From Pocillopora damicornis (lineage: Eukaryota): 62,526 nucleotides of DNA. Below are positions 53,091 through 62,526 of the stretch, one piece after another. Under the pieces are notes generated by a model that ran no database searches, had not been told where the DNA came from, and saw only the letters and a program-made list of their open reading frames with translations. Both the position numbers and the translations under genes were made by a program. The stretch covers positions 1 through 62,526 of the forward strand of contig NW_020846117.1 of the NCBI RefSeq assembly GCF_003704095.1, in the 5' to 3' direction. Position 1 is the first letter of the stretch. Each line of letters opens with the position of its first letter.

Positions 53091-54352
53091 ATGGTTTTTC
53101 ACAGGGCTTGTAAAGGTTTGAATGAAATTTGCTAGAAACAAGCCAATGTGGGAACATAGCAAAATCCAAGAATGTTTCTTTAAATGATTCTAGTCATTAC
53201 CGTTGAGTGTAAACATGGGTTACACATTGCAATAAAATAGGTCTGTTTTGAAAAAACCATTATCAGCTATATTTGAAACCGCTCCTTTCAACAAAGAACA
53301 AAAATATTTTTACATTTTGTCAAACCTGTATTAGTTCATTTTAATCTTTTTTTTTTAATTTTTCATAAAAATTAGCCAATAACAAAAACAGTGTAATACC
53401 AAAGAAGGGTATTCTTGAAACCTTAAAATACTGGTCTCCAGTACAATTTTGTTTGAAATAACTGCTATGGTTTATTCAGTAACATCAATGCTGTAATGAC
53501 TCATCCTTTTGCAAATATATGATCAATTTATATATTGAATGTTGCTCAATAAATCCTCATGTAACTTTCCAATTATGATGTTCCCCAGATTAGAAGATGG
53601 GTAGATAATAATGATGTCCTTATATGTAAAATAATTTGTAAAAAAGTTAGGATTTTAATTAAGGAGATGAGTGTAAGGAGAGAGTGTAAGAAAAGTAAAG
53701 TTGAGATAGAGGTCATGAAAACTGAATCCTGTAAATAACATTTATGGATTGTTGACATTTCAGTACTGAATTATTTGTATTTGCCACAAATATTTAAGAA
53801 ACTTCTGTAATAAATTTCTATGATATTTTATACACTTTTCTCTGAGTTGCATTGAGTAAGTTTGAGTCTGTACTACAGGCAAGTTGTCTATATGTGACAG
53901 TGCAAAATTTTGTCATCTTTTGGTTAAGGAGTTACAGGTATCTTATGCATTCCAAAGATCTTTGAAAGGTGTCCATAATGGTTGTAGGTGTTACATCTTA
54001 CAGTGAGAAAGGGAGGGTGAAGGGCAAAGTGTGTTCAAAAATGAAAATGGTTTCCAAGCAAAGTCTTTTTTTTAATTGGTAAACTATCACTACATCATCT
54101 TTGAACTTGATTATTACATCCAAATTTTCAGTCAAAAACCAATACCTTTACCAGCCTCAAGTTTCTAGAACAACAGACTTCTCATGGTGACAACATTTTG
54201 TCCATCAAAAACCACAAAATTATCACTTACAAGAGCTCAGACAATGGTTGTTAGTGACATTGGTGAATTTCTGGACAACTATACACCATGTTAAACCCAA
54301 TACAGCAATTAATAACATTCATGCTGTAGGATAAAGCTTGATAACTGAAAAT

Positions 54353-57300
54353 CTACAGCTTGGCTGAGGGGTTGTCAAGAAGTTCATATGCTGGCAATGT
54401 CAAAAACTCTTCAAACTCTTCAGAGAGTACCAACTTATCCAAAAGGTGAGATGCCTGTGCCAAACGGCTTTTGGATGGACCTCCAAGTTTCTCAAGCTCT
54501 TCTTTGTGCAAAGTTTTGTAAAACTCTGGGGTGAGGGGGCGTCCATCCTCAAGTCGCACACCATGACGCAACCATTGCCATAGTTGTGCTCGTGAAATTT
54601 CTGCGGTGGCTGCATCTTCCATCAAATTGTGTATGGCAACAGCTCCAATTCCCTGTTAAAGGAAAGATAGAAATGAGCCCTACTAACAACAAGACTTTCT
54701 GGATAGCACTTAATTTGAACAGTCATACATAGAAGGTGATTGTTTAGAATACATATTCTTGTGACCTTTATGTTTGAATCAGGAGTGATATTGTTAGGAG
54801 AAATTAGATGACAGTCACTTTAAGGGGTTAAAAGGGTTATGGTTTCTTTTATGTCAGTGCTGATTCATCTCAAGAGTTGTTCAAATTGTACTTTTTAAAT
54901 GCAAAAAGTGAAAATTATAGATCAATAAAGATACCAGTAAATTTGTGCTTATGTACAGTTAGCTGAATGGGTTTTGAAGAAAAAGAAGTATATAAAGGAT
55001 ATGGGACTGTCAAAGAATCCAAAAAAGAGAAACAACAAACATTACCGACAGCCAGCTGCTCAGATACTGAAGAGCAACACCAATATTAACTCGCACTCCT
55101 TCCTCAGTGATCTTTCCCCCTGGCACAGAAACTGACAAGATCTCTTCAACCTTGACATTTACTTCCTCTCGAAGGCGATGTTTTTGATGGGAGGCACCAT
55201 GCAAGCCCTACAAACAAAAAAAAATTTGCTATAAAGTTGAGTGTCAAAGAATGGACAAACTACCTAGGCATGGAAGCATTTAGTGCTGGAGATTATATTT
55301 TTGAAAGGAAATTCAAAATAAAATATTGTGAACACTTTTTACAGCCTGAGCAGAGCTCAAAGTTTTTTAGATGATCACTACTCTTTTGCCAACTTTTAAG
55401 ACTTGATACATCTCTGGGAAATAATCTTGTCGACTAGCTCACAAAAAGCTGCACTAATTAAGTCCTATGTATTGTTTGTCTGATGATGCTTTTGGTTCTG
55501 ATGTGGATGATGATGTTTCAAGTGCATAATGATAGTCCTCTTTAAGCAATGAGGTTAATGGGTCAAGTGTCACCTTTTGAATCAATATGCTCTGGTGTGA
55601 TTGAACCATCTCGATGACCAGTTCCCTCATACAGAAAGCTTGCAGGTAAATAAATAGTTCTCACTTAAACTTAGGAGATTTCAAATTTTCCAGCTATAAA
55701 ACAAAACTCCAAATCAATTCCCACCTTCATAAAGATCCCCTTTGCAAAAGGCACAAGGTCAGGATGTGCAACCCAGGTGCCATCAAATCCATCAGCCACT
55801 TCCCGTTCCTTATCCTGACGGACCTTTTCAAATGCCATCTTATTGACATTTTCATCTCTTCTACTTGGAATAAAAGCTGCCATTCCACCCATGGCATGAG
55901 CTCCACGCTGATGGCACACCTGAACAAGACGTTCTGTGTATGCTCGCATGAATGGTACTGTCATTGATATCTGCAAATCAAAAACAATTGTGCATCTACT
56001 TGCTAGACTTAAAGCTTTACCATTCAACTCTCATGAATGACCAAGAAAAAATATCTCCTTACAATATCAATGCAACATTAACCAGACAAGTGATGAGAAT
56101 AAAGAAAAATATTATTTGGGGATTATCAGTTGATCCAATACCAATATCTGAACTAACATCATAAGAATTGTACCACAGACAGCAAGGAGAAGTAATGATG
56201 AGATCTTGAATGAAAGGGCTAATTACCTCTTGTAAGAACTTTGTGCAAAACTCTTAAAGAAATTATCTAAATCGCAATTCTGGTGAACCTCTAATACTTG
56301 TTGCAAGAAAGACGCAGGTGTAATTGACTTTTTGGGGAGTGGGGCGTGGGGGTGTTTGACCATGAGGACATCAACACTAACAGAAAGCTTAACAAGATGT
56401 AAACATCATAGTTTAAAATAATGACTAATTCTGATAGATGTAACTCAAACAGGGAAGAATGCAAATCAATCTAGAATAAAATCATCGTGACCTGAAATCT
56501 ACTCCCAACTGAGCATGTCTACATAATCAATTGAAGTAACACTTATTTACTGTTTTCTTAAAAAATAAAAACCCTTGCAAAACATATATTCCGTCATATC
56601 TACTGTATACAATGCAAGTTTGATTTTTTGTATGTTTTACCTGCTTACGATCTGGTAGTACACAATCAGGTTTTCTGGAGAATCTTTTAATTGCTGAAAA
56701 AATGTAGTCCCACCTTCCAGCATTCATGGCACAGCAGTGCTCTCTTATCTCATAAAGCATTTCTTCCATGTTCACTCCTGCTAGCAGAGTCTCTAACATA
56801 ACAGTTGCTCGTATGGTTCCTGGTGAACAGGAAAGAATATCATAGATTCAGTTAGTTGTCTGTGACACAAACTCTATCACTGAAAAATGACAGCAGTTAC
56901 ATTGCAGTTTGTACATTACTAAAATCTTTGAAAAAATTTTCCCCATTACATTAATAGCAATTCATAAAAAATCTTCCCTATCTTTCAAGACCTTTGATCC
57001 TCCTTGGCTGATTAATTCTTGATTGGTATTTCTCTGTCTAGCTGATCATAACCAAAACTCTCTGTACAATTCAACAAAGAAAAAAGTTGTCTACAATTAG
57101 GAGAGTTAGCTACCAGGTCTAACCTTGAGGAACTTTCATGTAATCCTGAGCAGATTTAAACACGTCATTCCAAAGCCTTGTTTCCAAATGAGTCTCCATT
57201 TTAGGAAGATAATAGTATGGAGCAGAGCCATTGGCAAGCCTAATGTGGACGTTATGAAAAAAGTAAAGTCCAAAATCTACCAGTGCACCACTCATGGGTT

Positions 57301-58603
57301 CTCCATCACAAAGGATGTGTTTCTCATCTAGGTGCAAGCCACGGGTGCGAACCAACAAGCAGGCTGTTTTGTCCTTCAAACGTCGCTCTGATCCTAACAG
57401 TTTGATAATAGAAATAAAAGCATCTGTTAATTGAGGCAGCAATAATGATTGTAGAAATGATTTAAGTGCATTGTTGTAGGCCTTTCTACTGGCCAAGTGC
57501 TGTGAAAAATGGTGATCATTTCCACTTTTCTCATGACCTTTTGATTTAAGGTTAATACCATAAGAAAAAATATGAAGCCAGTCACTCTAGGGGGTTAAGT
57601 AAATATGCAGTCAAACCTACCATCTGCATTGATGAAATTAATGGTCCCCCTGTTTGCATTTAAGAGGTTTATTTGTCCTTCAACAATATTTTTCCAGGAG
57701 GGAGTCAGTGAGTCTTCAAAATCAGCCATGTACATGTCTGCCCCACTGTTCAGGGCATTAATTACCATCTTACAGTCTGTTGGTCCTGTGATCTCCACAT
57801 GTCGCATCTGCAGATCATGTGGGACAGGTGCCACTTTCCAATCCTTCTCATGGTGAGCTTCAGGATATTTAATTTGCTTCCCACTGTTTATTTCTGCTTG
57901 GATTTCCTGTCGTTTTCTTAGCAGCTTTTTCCTCTGGTAGTTAAAACTGCGATGCAAATCAGCAAGAAACTCCAGGGCTTCATGTGATAGAATTTCACTG
58001 TATTCTGGCTTGATTTCACCAGTTATTTCAACACCTAGTTAGGGAGAGTAAAAAGAGATTAAATGATTTCAAAGGCAGAATTAAGTAAACTTTTTGCTCT
58101 TATCCTTGGATAAACATATGAAAAGTCCTCTTATAAAATTTTGTTGTTTGCCTCGGTTAACCCAATGCAAATATAATGCCAATAAAATGTACGTGTTGAT
58201 TCGCATAAATTTCTTTATCAAAATCAAGTCATAAACAAAGTTACTATTTTTAACTTCTATTTCCTTTTCTCTTAACCCTTTTACTCCCATAAGTGACCAA
58301 GAAAGAATTTCTCCTTACAGTATCAGTACAATATCAAGCAGACAAGTGATGAGAATAAAGAAAAATATCAATTAGGGATTATAAGTTGATCCAATACCAA
58401 ATTCTCCAAACTAACCTCACAAGAACTGAATGGCAGACAGTTAGAAGAATTACTGAGGAGATCTTGGGAGTTAATGGGTTAAACAGACAAACAACAATAA
58501 AACAAGCACCTATCCCTCAAACTCCCAAGATCCAATCAGTAAATATTTCAATATCCTCCTGTACTTTATATGACAAGATAAACTCACCCTTTGGACACCA
58601 CAT
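54353..58603 (-). CDS. Malate synthase (MSA/AceB type) with C-terminal PTS1 (-AKL)
   Basis: Exons 58603-58588, 58034-57621, 57393-57124, 56819-56641, 55970-55725, 55207-55046 and 54652-54353. Motifs: [76 protein letters not shown]. Confidence 0.97.
58272..58480. mobile_element. MITE-like element (ttaaccct family)
   Basis: Termini ttaacccttttactcccat … ttgggagttaatgggttaa. Near-copy of 56015-56220. Confidence 0.75.
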
Positions 58604-59095
58604 GGCTTTGTTTTCAGGAACCTATAATGAAAAAACACCATCAATCAGTCTTTAGAACAAGATGCTAAGCATAACCTTCTTCACAGGAAACTTTCCAACA
58701 AGTAAGCCATCCTCTGTTTATTTTCCTGTTCAAGAAGGAGAATTTCTAGAATAGCTGATTTCGAAAGAACAAATACCTAAGAAAACCTGTGATCTTCCAT
58801 GATTTGCAACCCTCAGCAAGAAAATGAATATCCCCTTCCCATGACATCCCTGAGAACTGGATTAGTGTTGTTTTAACAGTAGGGGAGGGTTTTAAGAGAC
58901 AAAGATCACAGCTGTGGAAGCTATTTATTATTCTTGTTATTGTTTAACAAAATCTGTTTATTAGAAACAACACAGATGCAATATAAATCAAAATGTTTGA
59001 GTCACGTCTGAATATATTTTAAATAGGTAAGGAGGTTGGGCAACCAATATCCCATACAAATCTTCTGAATGATCTCGCTGAAATAGCCTACTCAC

Positions 59096-59104
59096 GATTA
59101 CAGC
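59096..59104 (-). other. Candidate 9-nt microexon upstream of the malate synthase ATG
   Basis: The minus strand reads ctccttctctctttcag|GCTGTAATC|gtgagtag, a strong acceptor and donor 9 nt apart. Confidence 0.6.
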
Positions 59105-59357
59105 CTGAAAGAGAGAAGGAGACTGACAGAATTTGTCTCTGATCGACTTTGCCTTGCAATCAATGGGTCCAAAGTAACAATTAAAGAAAAAAGTAGTTTA
59201 CAATCAGGGGGGTACGTTATTACGTTTCGTGACGTTCAGTGACTTGAAGTTAAGTTTATTCAAGTAAATATAATAAGAACTTCCCTAAATTTCTCATTTT
59301 ACTCTGGAGAAGTGTATAAGTTGATTAATTTGTTAGAAGTTTGAGGTTCTATTTTAC

Positions 59358-60374
59358 CTGAATGAAATGCAAGTAAAATTACACAGCCGAATTAGATGAC
59401 ACGTGACAGTTTGTGACCCGTGGAACAAAGTGATAGAGGAGAAGTTTAAGATGCCTCCAATTGCGGAAAAATTTGAACTGTCTTTCATACTTACAGATGG
59501 ATTAAGAGTTCTGATAAGGAGAAAACTCGCGTTCAAACCCAGTTTTTGGCCGGACAGCACACTAATAGACTTTTCGTGAATAATGTCTCGCCCTCGTCTC
59601 GTCCTTAGATCCCATTAGCCTCAGCGCGCAGTTCAAGGTCCAACGTAGGGTGACCAGGGGGGCGGGGACAAAGGACATCAGGAGGTGTGCCGTGGGTTTT
59701 CCTAGTTATGTCAGGGGGTGGGGAAGGGGGTAAGTAACGCATAGTATTTTCATCTGGTATGTCGTTGTTTTCTTCGTTTAAGCCTGTAAAAATACTATAT
59801 ACTGGTACTATATGTAATATTCGTATTGATTTCTATCGATTTGCGAGTTGTTTCATATTTATAGTCCTTAGCAACACGAGAATTGCAATCCTTGGTAATA
59901 TTGCGTCAGATCCACGATAAACACAGTCACGAAATTGACTGCGATCATGGCAGCGAATCTTTGTCTTTTCCGATGTAGAATTGTCGTACGACTTGAAAAA
60001 GGTAACTCTGAACATAAATACAGAAGTGAAAGTATGAAAGATAAGTATGAAAGATAATTATGAAAGATAGGTATGAAAATACTTATGCAATTTACAATCC
60101 GTTTGGTCATGCCCACATGACTTTTTATCCTAGCGTGAGGCGTCTCTCATTATGCCTCCACCAATCAAATCCCCCAGTGAGACAATAGAGAAATTTTTTA
60201 CCAATGATGACGTCCGTAAGAAAATCGATCAAAGTTCATGTATAATTTTACTACAAAACGCTCGAAAAATTGGCCAAGATTCTCACTTAGTAAATTTACG
60301 GAGAAGCTTCTCTTGAAGTAAAGATATCCCAGTTGATCAGAGCCCAGTGTTAAGTTTCAACCGTCCTGCTCACA
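59358..60374. promoter_or_regulatory. Divergent promoter region between malate synthase and isocitrate lyase
   Basis: Minus-strand donor at 59358 (candidate malate synthase first exon); E-box cacgtg at 59400; GC box ggggcgggg at ~59660; CCAAT at 60161 and 60201; tgacgtc at 60208. Confidence 0.55.
60031..60081 (+). repeat. 13-bp tandem repeat (agtatgaaagata) x4
   Basis: Read directly from the sequence. Confidence 0.85.
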
Positions 60375-62526
60375 ATGTTTTCCAAACATCAGCGATTTCA
60401 AGGAATCAAGAGAAACTACAGCCCAGAGACTGTAGAAAAGCTTCGCGGTTCGTTCAAAATCGATTACTCTTTGTCGAAGCGAGGAGCCATGAAACTCTGG
60501 GAACTTTTGACTCGCGGAGGGAATTCTTACGTGAATGCTTTAGGAGCTCTCACGGGTAAGTAACCGTTCTGTACGAAGTTGTATGTGAAACAGAGCATTT
60601 TCAGCTAACTATTTTAATGTTAGACTTTGTCTCCACGTGCAAGACACTCTTTTCCCAAATATGGTAGATAAGGATTTTACAAATATGGTGAATATAATAC
60701 GTGGCGGGCAATTTGCCTGACACTTGGCTGCCAATCGTTTCTATATGAATCTACACTCCTAAAAGTTTCTTTTTGTCATATTAGTTAAAAGAGACGCAAA
60801 AAAAATTCGGATCTGACTTATTCTTGGCCACGTCAACCCAAGAAATTTTAATGACGTGGAAATGTGGCGGAACGCGAACTTTGGACTCGGACATGAATGA
60901 GCGATTGAGAATTGTGACTCGACAATTTTTCTATTCGATTTCCGTTTAAAAGTCAAGAACTAACGTAACACTTAAACCGCGAAACAATATTCCTTATGTA
61001 GCGTACAAAGATCGTCTTCATGGGAGGAGAATGACGCAGGACAATCTGGTTTCTACGTCGTATCAAGGCATCGACGTCAATTGATGTACCCGGAAAATTT
61101 TCTAACGCAAAATTTACTGACATTCGGATATCCCTCAAGAAAAACATTTCACCAGCGTTTTTTTTTTTTTTTAATCGAGATCAAAAAATAAAATGAGACA
61201 AACGGAGAATATGTTAGCATATTAGCATATAGTTTATTGTTTTTGCTTGAATAATACTTTCTTATCATGTATTTATTTTAAACCTGCTTGTGATTTCAGG
61301 TGGACAGGCCGTTCAGATGGCCAAGGCCGGTTTAAAAGCCATCTATCTAAGTGGATGGCAAGTTGCCGGTGATAACAATTTAGCTGGGCAGACTTATCCT
61401 GATCAAAGCCTGTATCCTGCAAACTCTGCTCCAAAACTTGTAGAGCGTATTAATAATGCGTTTATCAGGGCAGACCAGATTGCGCACATGGAAGGCACAG
61501 ACAAACACATTGACTACTTTTTGCCAATCGTTGCTGATTGTGAAGCTGGATTTGGAGGCCCATTGAATGCATTTGAACTCACCAAGTCCATGGTAATTTT
61601 CTGATTTGCATGTTAAGAACTTGTAGATAGTTTTTATCCATTGTTATTTCCAATTTTTCCTTTCTGTTTCAACACACTGCCCACTCAAGGCCTCTGTTGT
61701 GAAGTAAAACAAAAAAGTTGATAAGCTAGAGGTCAGAAGAAGGCTAACCTTGGAGCTATTGTTTATGTGACACACCACAGTCTAAGATAATTTGGAGATC
61801 ATGAGTATATAAATAATTTTTCTCTGTGTCAACTATTTTGACATGAAAATATTAATGTTGGGATAAAATGTAGGCTAGATTGGAGATGGATTAGATTGCT
61901 GTTTTGATAAAACAAAGGTTAATTTTGTTTCAACAAATGACCTCAAGGGTTTCACGAGGGCCCCAGGTACTAAATGGATAACACATTGTTGAAAAGGTCA
62001 GTGGTAGTTAAGGAAACTTTTTTTCAAACTGATGAAAAACCAAAATACATCAGGAGAAAAAAGCGAGAAATAGTTTTCCAAAATAAAGCCCTGAGAGACT
62101 TGCTGTTGCTATTTCAACATTTACTTCTCCCTCTGTTTCTGAAGGGAATGTAGGAAAATTTGGAAAGGGAATATAGCAATTCATCAGAGGTCACTTTAAG
62201 CTCTTCTCCAGGTACTTGTGAGTTGATTCAATATCAAATTCTCAGAACTAATGTCATAGGAAATGTATGATAAATAGTACAGAGAATTGCTGCTAAGATC
62301 TTGGGAGTGAAGGGCTTAAGTAGAATTTTGGTGTTAATGCTGATGTTTAATGGCTTCTTTCCTGACTAGATTGCAGCAGGTGCAGCTGCTGTTCATTTTG
62401 AAGACCAGTTGGCTTCGGAAAAGAAATGTGGTCACATGGGAGGAAAAGTGTTAGTACCCACACAACAATTTGTGAAGGTCCTCAATGCTGCACGATTGGC
62501 TGCTGATGTTCTGGATGTCCCTATTG
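60375..62526 (+). CDS. Isocitrate lyase (AceA-like), 5' part; continues past the window end
   Basis: Exons 60375-60555, 61300-61592 and 62370->62526. Motifs: [51 protein letters not shown] and the catalytic KKCGH (62421-62435). Confidence 0.97.

Noticed and set aside
54353-62526. Bacterial contamination as the source of MS/ICL
   Set aside because: Both genes have spliceosomal introns containing host repeat families, and they are contiguous with GUCD1 and SNRPD3 without a gap.

Overview
This is AT-rich, intron-containing metazoan genomic DNA with several N gaps. The repeat families and gene content suggest an anthozoan, probably a stony coral (inference). In order, the window holds: a ~240-bp tandem array; the 3' half of an SLC22-type organic-ion transporter; the 5' half of EIF2B1; two complete SLC22 paralogues; a repeat-rich region with nested duplications; an UNC93A-like MFS gene; a PX-SH3-SH3-SH3 adaptor of the p47phox/Tks family; tRNA-Lys(CTT); a head-to-head SNRPD3/GUCD1 pair; and a head-to-head pair of malate synthase (ending in a PTS1) and isocitrate lyase (runs off the window). 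The last pair is the main finding: both enzymes specific to the glyoxylate shunt sit as separate spliced genes around one short divergent promoter region in an animal genome. Exon boundaries were read by hand from GT-AG sites and reading-frame continuity.
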